From the human T2T-CHM13v2.0 reference genome, Homo sapiens, in the NCBI RefSeq assembly GCF_009914755.1, contig NC_060926.1: a stretch of 64,000 bases of DNA, one strand, 5' to 3'. A program made the position numbers and the translations under genes. The notes under the pieces are model-generated. The model saw only the letters and a program-made list of their open reading frames with translations, made no database searches and was not told where the DNA came from. Of this stretch, positions 19,827 to 34,526 are shown piece after piece. The stretch's first letter is position 1. Each line of letters begins with the position of its first letter.

Positions 19827-20853
19827 CTTTGTGGTTTTATCTACCTTTGGTCTTTGATGATGGTGACGTACAGATGGAGTTTTGGTGTGGATGTCCTTTC
19901 TGTTTGTTAGTTTTCCTTTTAACAGTCAGGACCCTCAGCTGCAGGTCTGTTGGATTTTGCTGGAGGTCCACTCCAGACCCTGTTTGCCTGGGTATCAGCA
20001 GCGGAGGCTGCAGAACAGAGAATATTGCTGAACAGCAAATGTTGCTGTCTGATCATTCCTCTGGAGGTTTCATCTCAGAGCGGTACCTGGCCGTGTGAGG
20101 CATCAGTCTGCCCCTGCTTGGGGGTGCCTCCCAGTTAGGCTACTCAGAGGTCAGGGACCCACTTGAAGAGGCAGTCTGTCTGTTCTCAAATCTCAAACTC
20201 CATGCTGGGAGAACCACTACTCTCTTCAAAGCTGTCAGACAGGGACATTTAAGTCTGCAGAGGTTTCTGCTGCCTTCTGTTCAGCTATGCCCTGCCCCCT
20301 GAGGTGGAGTCTACAGAGGCAGGCAGGCCTCCTTGAGCTGTGGTGGGCTCCACCCAGTTCAAACTTCCCGGCTGCTTTGTTTACCTACTCAAGCCTCAGC
20401 AATGGCAGGTGCCTCTCCCCCAGCCTTGCTGCCACCTTGCAGTTTGATGTCAGACTGCTGTGCTAGCAATGAGCAAGGCTCCGTGGGCGTGGGACCCTCC
20501 AAGCCATGTGCGGGATATAATCTCCTGGTGTGCCGTTTGTTAAGACCTTTGGAAAAGCACATTATTAGGGTGGGAGTTACCTGATTTTCCAGGTGCTGTC
20601 TGTCACAGCTTTGCTTGGCTATGAAAGGGAATTCCCTGACCCCTTGTGCTTCCCGGGTGACGCCATGCCTCACCCTGCTTTGGCTCATGCTCGATGCGCT
20701 GCACCCACTGTCTTGCACCCACTGTCTGACAAGCCCCAGTGAGATGAACCTGGTACCTCAGTTGGAAATGCAGAAATCACCCATCTTCTGCATCACTCAC
20801 GCTGGGAGCTGTAGCCTGTAGCTGTTCCTATTCAGCCATCTTGGAACTGCCCC
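19827..20853 (-). promoter_or_regulatory. L1 5' UTR with internal sense promoter and antisense promoter region
   Basis: YY1-type motif CAAGATGGCTG at 20833-20843 (minus); complete UTR upstream of the ORF1 ATG; many CpG-to-TpG/CpA changes. Confidence 0.85.
20402..20584 (+). CDS. ORF0: L1 ORF0 homolog, 60 aa, truncated by a premature stop; expression unknown
   Basis: MAGASPPALLPPCSLMSDCCASNEQGSVGVGPSKP...IRVGVT* matches primate L1 antisense ORF0 (MAGAPPPASLPPCSLISDCCASN...). Confidence 0.6.
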   Translation: MAGASPPALLPPCSLMSDCCASNEQGSVGVGPSKPCAGYNLLVCRLLRPLEKHIIRVGVT

Positions 20854-21009
20854 TGCTTTCTGCTTTTTGAGAGTAACTCCAAAGTTTGGGCTTACTCATT
20901 AAACTCTGTTTTGAAATAATTTTTAAATCTTTAGAAAATGTATTTTCTGTCTTTTCAGGGTATTTGAGAATATGAGTTGTTATATGTACTATCTTTATAA
21001 AATATTTAT

Positions 21010-21190
21010 CTTCTTTAATATTCACAGTAACTCTGGATGGTAGATAATATTATCTAGGCTTTCTATAAAACAGAGGATATAGCTCATCCTAAGAGAGAAG
21101 AAAGTGACAGATCCAAGATCACACAGCTCATAGACAGCAGAGCATATCTGAAATCCCAGCTGTACTTGATTCTATAGCCCATGATCTTTT
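21010..21190 (-). mobile_element. MIR fragment
   Basis: ggtagataatattatc...ccaagatcacacagctcat...tctgaaatcccag. Confidence 0.6.
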
Positions 21191-21636
21191 CTTGAGCAAC
21201 AGTCAGGATGGTCTAGTGCCCATTTAGAAGAATGTTTAGTTGAGGTGGGGATCATGCTCTAACGTTTAAGAGACTGTGAAGACATGTTCAGAAATCCTTT
21301 CTGACATTACCTGACATAACAAATGTTCACTTATGGCAGATGCATAATTGACTATAAAATGAGTGAGTGCCATTTTGCTACTTGCATGAGTTATGGCAGA
21401 TCTCCTTAGCAGAACTTGACAGATGTAAGTGAAATCTCAGCTTTCCTTTTCTACCCAATTAAAATTCCATGAGCTTTAAAATTTCATAAATAACCCATAC
21501 TATATTTTTTACATGAATAGGTAGTAAAATTAAAATGGAATTAGAATAGTCTGAAACCCTTGCAAAATAGTAAAAGCTACCCCCAAATATCATTTATAAC
21601 TTTAAAAATCTCTTGCCAAAAAGTATAGCTGCATGA

Positions 21637-22000
<364 letters not shown>

Positions 22001-22289
22001 TATCTTCTTTATTGAAAGAAAACTGTACTGTCATTTTAAAATCATTAGACAATTGATTTTTTTTTTTTTACTCAGAATCTTGTAGAAAAATGGGATCGTA
22101 GATAGGATAGGCAAGATAGTCAAGAAAGTTACAACCTTTTATATCTACACATGTCTCAAAGGGCCTAAAGGTTCTCATTAGCCTTTAAATTTACCAGGCA
22201 GTCACAAAATTTGTTTGATATAGATTGAACACTGGTTCTTAATAAACGCCATAAAAGAATCTTATGGTTTAGTGTACTCTTTTGACGTC

Positions 22290-22657
22290 TCTCTCAGAAC
22301 CTGGGGATTCCTTTGAAGGCTGCTGTTGTTGCTTCTGCTAATACCTCACATGAAATCCTTTGGACAACTGGAGCCATCTAATTCAAAGGAGGCTGAGGGC
22401 TATGCCAGAGTTGTTTCTTGACTGGTAAATACCTACTGCCTTGCCTCCAGGAGGGAGATAGCAGCCTGGTACAATTACAGAAACAGGCTGAGGCTAGGTG
22501 CACCAGAAATCAATTTCCTGCTTAGCTTCTCTTTTACATCTTACTTCTTTAACTCCCACTGGTCCCCCCAAGAGCATTTTCTTAAAAACAAACAAACAAA
22601 AACCAGCCTAAGAATCCTAGCCTCAGGACCTGCTATTAGGGAAGTAGACCTGAGACA
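22290..22657 (+). mobile_element. Old ERVL solo LTR fragment (LTR16-like)
   Basis: 3' end aatcctagcctcaggacctgctattagggaagtagacctgagaca resembles LTR16-family termini. Confidence 0.5.
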
Positions 22658-23834
22658 TGTCACAATTCAATCAACAGGAATTATCTCCCTTGCTTGTGTT
22701 TCAAGAGTGTGCTTGTATTGAATTTTGGAATACATTGATGAGTATATATTAATTTAGCTTGCTGGGTGTGTTACTTAACTCTATAGTTCTCTTTTCTTTG
22801 CCATCTTCTTCCAGTGGTGGAGGAATACTAGAGTTATCTATTGTAAACATTATAATAAATTTTATTAAACAGTTGATTATTGAAATAAATGACTTATATT
22901 ATTGATATTTGAGAAAAGTTACTAAAAGTATGATGCATTGGAAGGTCACAATTAATGGTAATCACCTTTTCCCTTCTTGTATGCTTTGGAAATAATTTTA
23001 TAATCAAGTTTATGTCTTTTTGCTCCAGATTTTATTGTCTCCCACCCATCTCTCCTCTCGGCAGCATCTCACTGTGTTTTATGATTGTCGGTTGTACCAG
23101 ACTGCAAATACAACAGATATGAAACGGAAACCTATGTTTTTCCCATCTGATATGGACACTGTTAATTCATAAGAAAGCTGTTTTGCCATTATTAGAAAAA
23201 AAAAAAAAAAGAAAGCAAACAGCTGGTTTGATGGAAAAGCTGCCCTAATCCCTAGAGAATGGGAAGTTCAGACGTGATATAAACTGACAGAGGGTGAAAA
23301 AATAATCTTCAGGCTGATAATTTAGTGCAGCTATCATGGGCAGGACTGGATGGCATTTGCCACAGCAGAGAAAACAGGGTATCCTGTGGTTGTACAGCAT
23401 ACTTAGAAAAGGTGACACTGGGAGATAATAATCAGCTTACCAATGTTTACAGTAATGAAAGAGTGATAAGGAATGGAGAACTGAGATTTTGGAATAAGTT
23501 CACATGTAAAGGAGGTTTGCCTGCTTAGAATCTTCCTACAATTATTGTTCTGTCTCAGTTGATATTTTCCTAAACACCAGTAGAGGCCTCCAGACACTTC
23601 ATTAAGTAAACAAACATACCAAGATGCTAACACCATCCACACACGGGGGAGAGCTGACATCCATCGTGTCCACTGACTCTGTAGAGCGCAAATGAAATCT
23701 TTGATGATGATTTCAGTGAGAATCAGCTATAATTAAGGGAGGTGCTAACCTTTGTGGTAAAACCTGCCCAAATATCCATTAAAAAAATACTTGGTCCAGA
23801 ATGGAAATAAGTCATGGTAAATATGATTGTTATC

Positions 23835-23942
23835 TTAGATCACATTTAACCCAATATCATAATATGAGAATTTTTGTTAGGCTTTCTAAAAAGCCTATTT
23901 TAGATCACATTTAACCCCATATCATAATATGAGCATTTTTGT
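23835..23942. repeat. 43-bp direct repeat pair separated by a 22-bp hairpin spacer
   Basis: 23835-23877 versus 23900-23942 match at 41/43 positions. Confidence 0.95.
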
Positions 23943-25884
23943 GAACAATTTATTGTATTGTTAATAACAAGTTCTCTCAAGCTAACTAATGTGTTCAGCA
24001 TTGGAATCAAAAGACCAGAAGTGGAGAAGAATCAAAATGAGGTAATGCCAAGACCCCCAGCCTGAGTTATTTAGCAAGTACAACTTTTCTTCAACACATT
24101 TTGAACTGAGTATAATCCTAGCAAAAAAGTTTGCTAAATAGTGACTAGCCATGACAACTTTATAGAAAATATAACTAATGTAACTCATAAACAGCCTACT
24201 CGTAGTAGTCTAAGGCACCTATTTTATTTGTGTATAAATGCATTTATACGTGTGTTTGCAAATAAGCACCTAGCTCTACATGATGACTGTTGATAAACTA
24301 ACTACATGTTTTAATGAATAACCACAATGAGAATCATCCAAGTGCTACAACATCCCAGGGTGTCCGCAAATACAGGACAGAGGCTGCCTCCAAGGTAAAT
24401 CTCCCTCAGATTCTGGGTGTCATTGATAAAATTCTCAAAGCATCAGCCCCTTCATAACTGCTTTAAGAAACTCCAGCAGCTTCTTTATATATTTCCCACT
24501 TCTCTGGCTATACCTTTCGCTGACAGTATAAATACATTCATTTTGCTGTCACATTAATTGATTTTAGCTAATTAGGAGCATTTTTTGGCCCTAATTTGAT
24601 AAGGAAGTGTGAATGCATTTTTTCCCCCACAGCAGGCTTGTTATTTGCTGGAGTATTAGGAGAGTGTTAATTAGGCACAGTTCTTCTGTCACCTTGATGA
24701 TTTTTAAGCAGCATTTACCCTATAGACTAAACTGATCAGAGAGGAAGCTGGGTTTCAGCCATCGGTGATAAATGTTGAATTAGGTTAGTTACCTGTGGAA
24801 TAGAAATCTGAAAGAGGGGACTATGTGTATGACAAAGAAATACCATATTTTTTCTTTCTATTCACAAATGTTCCTCATGGCTGACCTCCGCACCCCCACC
24901 TGCATTTCAGACCCTCTCAAGAGGCTGCAGGAATCCTCCTCTGTCTTCAGTCATTGAACATTCCCTCAACCCTCCAGCATCCAGTTGGGTGTTCATCCTG
25001 ACCCTTCTTAATTTTAAAGCAAAAGGCACAGGTTTTGAAAATTCACTGGCCCTAAAGTGTTTGCAGAAGGTCTTTTGAACAGTTTGGACCCTGGGATTTC
25101 TTTGTTCAATCACTTCTGCTGCAGGCAAAGCTGGGCCGACTGTCTGCTGTCTGCTTGCAGCAGGGAAGCAAAGGGAAACAAACAACAGAGCAGTTTGAAA
25201 TTCCTGCTAGGAGCTTGTTTGGAGATGAGCCTCTACAGTGTCTTTTGTTTATTTGTGGAGCTTTTTGTAGGGAAGAGCTGGGATATGCATAAAAAGGAGC
25301 TTGAAACAAGTAACCATTTAGGAAAGGAGGAAAAGATGTTTGACAACAGTATTTTTAATTTTAAGGTGGGGAGAAATGCTCATTTATCTAATGTGAGTCT
25401 TCTCTAAAGATACAGTTGCTCTCTGAGGCACGTGCTTTGTTTTTTTCTTACAGCTTTACACTAATCATTTAAACATTTGTCTCCCATCCTGCTTGTGACC
25501 AATCTATAAATAATAGAAGTAAATAAAATAACTGAATGTCTTCCAGTTTTTTCATTCTACCATTTGGATTCCGCAAATCAAACCTTGAACGTTAGTCCCA
25601 CTACCAAAAGACCGATTTGATTGTTACAGTGTTCATTGGAAATATCTGCTGGTGCCTGCTGTTTATAACTATCTTTGAATCATAGAAAATAATAGGATGT
25701 AGGGAGGAGCCCTTTAGCAGAATACATGGTTTTCAGAAAGAAGTGATAAAGTGGAAAGAATATGATATTTGGAGATTCTACCCGTCACTTGCTTCTAAAC
25801 TTCATTACCTGGTCTTAATGAGTCTTAGTTGTTTCCTTTGTAAAATGTAGATAATAATGCCTATCTTCTAGCATAGTTATGTAT

Positions 25885-27490
<1,606 letters not shown>

Positions 27491-27579
27491 GCACTTCTTA
27501 ATTTTAAAACAAAAGTCACAACCATTTAACACTGGTTGTCAAGGAGTAGGTAATCAATAAACATTTGCATGTGTAGCAT

Positions 27580-27725
27580 CATCTCATGTATTTATTTGTT
27601 TGCTTATATGATTATTATCCTTTGTCCCCCATTAATATAAGCTTCATGAGGATAGGCCTGTGTCTTATTCACCACTGTGTCCCCAGCTCTTGGCCTGTGA
27701 CAGACAATAAATATTTATTGTATAG
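27580..27725 (+). mobile_element. L2 3' end
   Basis: taagcttcatgagga...cttattcaccactgtgtccccagc...caataaatatttattg. Confidence 0.7.
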
Positions 27726-27909
27726 TTTGATGAAGTGTCAGCTATTAGGAACCTAATGTTAATATTGTTGTTATTTTTGTAGTTAAAATTCACTAGCTAA
27801 ATAATTTCCAATACAGATGCAAATTATATAAAAACATAAGCAGTATTTCCTAACAGAAAGTTACTGAGTAAATAGAATGCTGGAAATGAATTCTGTAAAC
27901 TTCTATGTT

Positions 27910-28340
27910 AGGAACACAAGAAAAGATAAGCAAAGCAAAGCCAAAGGAAATAGAAAAAAGGAAATTCTAAAAATAAGAAATCAATGAAGTAGTGTTTTTA
28001 TAACAATCAAATAAAATTTGAGAAACCAATGAAATAGAAAACTAATATGAAACAGAGAAAATCGACAACTAAATTAGATTTATTGAAAAGGCTAATATAA
28101 TTGATAAATCCTTTACAAAACTGACCAGGAGAAAAGAGAGAAAAAAATTACAATTTCAGAAATTAAAAAGTGGTTATTAGTATGAATGCTAACAACATTT
28201 AAAAAGACAATATTGAAAAACTTTAGTCATCTACTGTATAGATGAAACGGAAAAATTTTATGAAAAACAATACTTACCAAAAGTGATACAGTCTAAATGA
28301 TCATAGTCTAAATGATCTGTTGAGGAAATTGAATATATTA
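27910..28340 (+). mobile_element. Old L1M ORF2 fragment
   Basis: A-rich gaaatcaatgaa...attgataaatcctttacaaaactgacc, typical of the ORF2 linker. Confidence 0.6.
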
Positions 28341-28401
28341 TTATCTTAAGTGATCATTATAAGAAGGTAATCATTATTTAGTGCTAATAAGTAAAAATAC
28401 A

Positions 28402-28729
28402 TAGTCATGCACTGCTTGATGTTAGCAATATGTTCTGAGAAATGCATCATTAAGCAAGTTTGTCATTGCGTGAACATCAAAGAGTATACTAACAAACCTA
28501 GATGGTATAGCCTACTACACACCTAGGCTAGATGATATAGTCTGTTGCTCCTAGGCTACAAACCTGTACAGCATGTTACTGTACTGATTACTGTAGGCAA
28601 TTGTAACACAATGGCAAGTGTTTGTGTATCTAACCCTGTCTAAAACATAGAAAAGGTGCAGTCAAAGTACAGTGTTACAATCTTATGGGACCACCATTGT
28701 TAACCAAAATGTGATGCAGCATATGACTA
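28402..28729 (+). mobile_element. Tigger3a (TcMar-Tigger MITE)
   Basis: TIRs TAGTCATGCACTGC and GCAGCATATGACTA; internal acaaacctagatggtatagcctactacacacctaggcta. Confidence 0.88.
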
Positions 28730-31630
28730 TATTATCATTTTTAATATGCAAAGAGTATTATATGTATTATTAGACATATTATAAGCCATTTATAAACCAC
28801 TTTCACTAAGACATTTTAGGTGGTTTTCAAATTGCTGCCATTCTAAACAGTACCTGGGCTCCTTTTAGAATGACTATGGTGTTCTGCTTCTGGCTATCTG
28901 TCATATATGTTCCATTCCACCATCATTCCCTGCCAGTTGCACACTATTCACATGACAGTGAGAAATGCCCTCCCAATACATGCAGTGATCTTAATCATCT
29001 GAGAAATCCATTTTCCCAAGACAGCATTTCATAAGCTTGTTCTAAAATCGTATTCCTACAGACCATTCCTGTTCAGAAATTTTAGAAGGTCTAGGTAAAA
29101 AAAAAAAAATTAAAGATTTATTACTTAGTTTCTTCTGTATTAACTGAGGAAGCTAGGAACCATGGGGCAGTTGTTCTAGGACTTTAATTAATATTTTGTA
29201 CATTTTTAACCTAAACTGTAAGGTGCTCCTTTTGTAAGCATAATTTAAATATTTACTAATGCTTAAAGTTTTCAGGTTTTCTTATTCTAATAGAATCACC
29301 AAATTCTGGTTAAGAAAAGAAAGAAAAGCAAATATTTGAAAACATATGGGCTTTTCATTTTTCTCAACACTATTTCCATCTAAGTGAATGCAGATTAGAC
29401 TTTCAAAGTATTAGATAGATGTTCATAATTTATTACTTTATAGTTCAAAAGCAAGGGCAAAATTTATTTCTGCAGCACTATATATGTAAATGAGAGTAAA
29501 AGAGGGCAATTCTGAGCTCCCTGCAGGAAATTATTCACAAAAGGAAAACAGAATGGTCCTTCTTCACTGGAGATGCAACATCCACACTCGTGAATGCGGT
29601 TGACTCCTTGTTGTAGCTCTCTAAGACAGAGATAATAAAGAGGAGATAAATCTGTTGAATGAATTGCACAAAACAGACCTGGTCGGGGACTCAAACCGTG
29701 TAAAATTTAATTGGAGTCAAGCAGGGAGAGAAACTTCCACCTCAAAATATATGGTAGATGGTATCTTCTTTCTTTAAAATGTTTTGGCAAGAGAAGCCAA
29801 TTCATAACAATGTTCAATGTCACTTTCCCAGGAAAATATGTCTTGGGATATGATTAATTCAGTTGCCTTTTGATAAATAAAAAGTGGTCTTGCATCCATT
29901 TCATTCCCTTTAATCTGTCATTTTACTCTGGTTTATAGTGAGTCCAATGCTTGGAGGTATAAGACAAAATTTATAAAAACAAAAGGAATAGAGTGGAGAA
30001 ATGTGTCATCATGCATTTTTATTTTTCCATGCTTTTAAGAAAACTTCTTACTGACTTTGTACTGTAGTACCAAAGTAACATTGGGTAGCCATCATTTGGG
30101 GGCAATTTGCTCTGGCAAACTTGCCCACTAACCATAGACATTTGCTAAAGTGTTTTTTTTTTTTCCTCCAAAATTGAAAAGCCACAATAGGATTTTCCTA
30201 ATGTAGAGATAGAGCTGCTTTAAGTCCGAAGAAAGGTGACAGTATAGTAGGATAAATTCACTAATTGTTTTCCAAATAAAATCTGTGAAAAAAATTTAAA
30301 TGAACATCTGTTTGAAGAATAGAGCTATTAAAGAGAATGTTCTGCACAAACAATATGCCATGCAGAATAGTTGTACAAATAATGCTGTGAAATTGTTTAA
30401 TTAACTCATAAAAGAGGGAATCTAGTAGAGGAAATGTATGCGGTACACTATGGAGCTGTTTGACAGTCTTCAAGAGCAGATGTGATTATGATTATAATTA
30501 TTTTAGTAAATCGAGCCATAATTTCTCTTTCTGTTGTAAAATAAGGTGAAGTATATTATGAATCCTAAGTAGGACCAATCTTTAGGCATAAATAATTCAT
30601 GCAAATTCTGACTTTCGTTGGAGCCACAGCATTGCTATCATTTTCTTCTTTTCATCGAGGTATACCTTTGTAAATACAATGGAGAAGAGCAAGTATTCAA
30701 CGCGTGGCTCAGAGGTAAAGAGGTTGAATTTTATGTGTGCTTTGTGGAAATTGGTTTCAATATTTTATAGATATGTATGCTTTTCATCATAGATTTGGAT
30801 GTCCACAAACCAAATGTTTTTGCTTCTAGGAAGTACCAGTTACTTATAAAATCATCATATGTAGTGGGTATGGAGTAATATTATTTGCTTTATTGCCAGG
30901 AAAATGCAATCAGAGACCTTACATTATTGAACACGAAAGGCTACATCAGCAGTTTTGTGTGTGTGAGGTCAACCAGTGTTACTTGAAGTAGATTCATTGA
31001 CCATATATTACATATTAAGTTTGTTTAATATTATTATGCAAATGTATCAGATGTATGCAACTCCATTATTTTTCATCCTTTCCCATTTTGGAAATTGCAT
31101 AATTTTATATTCATAACTTTAGTTAGTAATTACGGGAATTTTACGTTTTCTGTGTATTGCCTTTATCTCTCTTATTAACTGAAATTACTCCTGGAAGGAA
31201 ATTAATCAGACAAATTAGTATGCTTATTCATGAAACCTAGATTATAGTAAACCCTAAGATTAAGACTAATGAAACAATTACTTATTTAATCATTAATGAA
31301 AATAGGAATATTGCTCAGATATCTGACAGTAAGTGTAGCAAGCTTTGGAAGTAGACAAATGAATGTGTTTTTCTTGACTGCTCTTTCATGAAAGCAAGAT
31401 TATTATCACTTGCTGGGAATTTTGCTCTCATATGCAACATTTTCCCTAGGAAAAAGTCCCTTCTTACAAAAGAGAAATCCAATTTCTCCAATAGACACCT
31501 CTCTATGAAACTTAAGCTATTCTGACTCTTACATTTCAAAATGTAAGATGTATATGAATGTATTCGTAAGCCGAGGTTATATACACTTATTATGGGCACA
31601 ATTCTTCTGACACTTTCTAAGAATAAACAC

Positions 31631-32095
31631 TGTGAACTCAGAAAATCTGAGCCAGGTCTCAGTTAATTTAGAAAGTTTATTTTGCCAAGGTTGAGGACCC
31701 ACCCGTGACACAGCCTCAGGAAGTTATGACGACATGTGCCCAAGGTGGTCAGGGCACAGCTTGGTTTTATACATTTTAGGGAGACAGGAGACATCAATCA
31801 ATATATGTAAGAAGTATATTCCTTGGGTCTGGAAAGGCAGGACAACTTGAAGCAAAGGCAGGAGGACCACAAAAGGGGAGGGAGTTTCCAGGTCACAGAT
31901 AGGTGATACACAAGCGGTTATTACATTCTTTTGAGCTTCTGATTAGCCTTTCCAAAGGAGGCAAATCAGATATGCATCTATCTCAGTGAGCAGAGGGGTG
32001 ACTTTGAATAGAACAGGAGTCAGATTTGCCCTAAGAAGCTACCAGCTTGAGTTTTCCTTAGTGATTTCGGAAGTCCAAGATATTTTCCTTTCATA
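31631..32095 (-). mobile_element. ERV1 solo LTR, MER4A1-like
   Basis: 465 bp; termini tgtgaactcagaaaatctgagccaggtctcagttaa and aagatattttcctttcata; 4-bp TSD ACAC at 31627-31630 and 32096-32099. Confidence 0.85.
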
Positions 32096-32614
32096 ACACT
32101 GTACTAGAAGTAAAATTATCCGGTCAAGACATTTTTAAAAAACAAATCTAAAATTTTTAATCTAAGTTAATAGATATTTTAAAAAGCAAAATATACAACA
32201 AGGCTAGCATGAAAAATCCACAATCTTCTCGATATGTCATTTCAACCAACTTTTTGGTGCCCAGAAACAATTATTATTCAGTTGTTTCTCCTTTAAGTTT
32301 TCCTGATGGTTGCCGTGATGTCGGGCTGCTTTTCTTGTTTCTAAACTTTAGATGCTAACAGAAAGTTAGTGACTTTCTGCTATAATAGCTGAAGATACTA
32401 TTCAAAGCACTTTTCACATCCTGTTTCTTCTATCTCTAAAAAAGCTCTGGATTAATAACTTTTTTACCTGATTTAAATATTATATTTAAAATATCAATTT
32501 CTTGTTCTATCAAATCCAGACACCACCTCTTGATTCTCCACATTGGAAGATGAGAATATCAGCATTCCTAACATTTCCTTACCCTGCTTTCCCTCATATT
32601 TGGTTGACTGAAAA

Positions 32615-32725
32615 CAATTTAGGACACCCAGTTAGATTTGAATTTCAGATAAACAACTAATTTTTTAGATAAGTATGTCTTAATTTTGTATGGCATACAC
32701 TTATATTCAAATATTTTCATTTGGA
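32615..32725. mobile_element. MER33 (hAT-Charlie) fragment
   Basis: aggacacccagttagatttgaatttcagataaacaac...taagtatgtc. Confidence 0.7.
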
Positions 32726-34222
32726 AAATAATAGATAAGCAATATTTGATGAATTACACCTAAGAAAGAATAATTTATTTGGAGGTATATTAAAAACAAG
32801 CCTACCAATTCATGTTGCATAACTCCCAAAGTCTTAGCATATTTTAGATACTTCTAAACTGAGCTTAGACACTGAAGCCAAAATCCGGAAGATTGGTGGA
32901 AAGTTCTATCTAAGGAGGAACTAGACTCCCAGATTATTTCCCCAAGCTTTCACAACTAGGTAAAAAATTCTAAGTCCCACCCTAGCAGAGAAAAAGAAGT
33001 TCCTCTTTCTTTTTTGCGAAGTCAATACAGGGAGGCTTTTATTGCAGGGACAGCAGACAAAGCTAAGGGCAAGGTGTGACCCTGAATTTGAAAGAAGACT
33101 GAATAAAAGTCTGTATTCTGTCTGGAGAGTCCCATTTTCCTTTTTCACTCTCAGGATGCTGATGGCAGCATAATTTAGCAGGAGGGTTCCTATCCTTGCC
33201 TCAAAAGATTGGGTCAAATAAAAAAGCTTATAAAAACTGTAATTGGGACTCCTCAGGTGAAATAGCGTGGTCCCTACCTTATCACTCATGGAGAGACCTA
33301 TCAATCCACAACTTTCGTTACCCAAGCAGAGTTTTCGATCCTTTTTTTTTTTTCAGGACTGCATTCTTAAATACAGATTGCTGGCCAGGGAAAACCAGAC
33401 ATTTGAAGCCTCTGATATGAAAGATAAACTCCAAAATTTAAAAGTAGAAAAGGAGGACTCAGAGGAAACAAAGTTCATAAAATAATAAAACTTAAAAAAC
33501 AAATGAACTACAATTAAAGTTATCAGTAAGATAAGATACTGCATTTGAAACAAGAACAGGATCTTTTAACAAGAGAGCATTCCTGAGCAAGATAGATTTC
33601 TTGCATACTACATGCAGGCTAAGAGAAACCTTCAAATCAATTAGAAGTTTAGAATATGTATATTTGAGGTAATCGTCCCAGAATAAGAATCAAAAGACAA
33701 AAAATAAAAAATTTGGAGGAAAACTTAGGAAAATAATATTTTTCATAAAGATACAAAAACTGAATAATATGAATTCCAAAAAAGAAACAAAAAATCAAAG
33801 GAGAAAAGTTTTCAAAGAAGTAATATATTTCCTACAATTGATGAACACAAGTCTTTAGACTGAAAGAGTTTACCAGGAGTTTAGGAAGAAAAAAAGTCCG
33901 TGAAAAAATACCAGTACTAGAGAAATGGATCATGAAATGTCAGAACATCAGGGAAGAAGAAAATAAATCTTTAAAGTTCTGAGAAAGTGAGAAACAGAGA
34001 AGGAAAGAGGAGAGGAGAGAGAGAAATAGAGAAAGAGAAGAAGAAAAAAGAGGTGGAGGAGAGAATCATATCAAATAATTCAAACATGAATAGCATTAGC
34101 TTTTCAACAGAACTATTGAAACCTGGAAAACAGTACAGCAGTGTGTAAAAATCTTGAGGGGAAATAATTTTCAACCTGGAATACCATATTCAGATAAATT
34201 ATCAATAAAGTGTAATGGCAGA

Positions 34223-34526
34223 GGCCAGGCGCAGTGGCTCACGCCTGTAATCCCAGCACTTTGGGAGGCCAGGGTGGGCAGATCACGAGGTTGAGAGATC
34301 CAGACCATCCTGGTCAACATGGTAAAACCCTGTCTCTACTAAAAATAGAAAAATTAGCTGGGTGTGGTAACGTGCACCTGTAGACCCAGCTACTCCAGAG
34401 GCTGAGGCAGGAGAATCCTTGAACCCAAGAGGCGGAGGTTGCAGTGAGCTGAGATCATGCCACTGCACTCCAGCCTGGTGACAGAGCGACACTCAGTCTC
34501 AAAAAAAAAAAAAAAAAAAAAAAAAA
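34223..34526 (+). mobile_element. AluSc
   Basis: gatcacgaggttgagagatccagaccatcctgg; cagcctggtgacagagc; A26 tail; TSD (a/g)tggcaga. Confidence 0.92.

Noticed and set aside
23835-23942. CRISPR-like repeat-spacer-repeat
   Set aside because: Only two units, the hairpin is in the spacer and not the repeat, primate context, no cas genes
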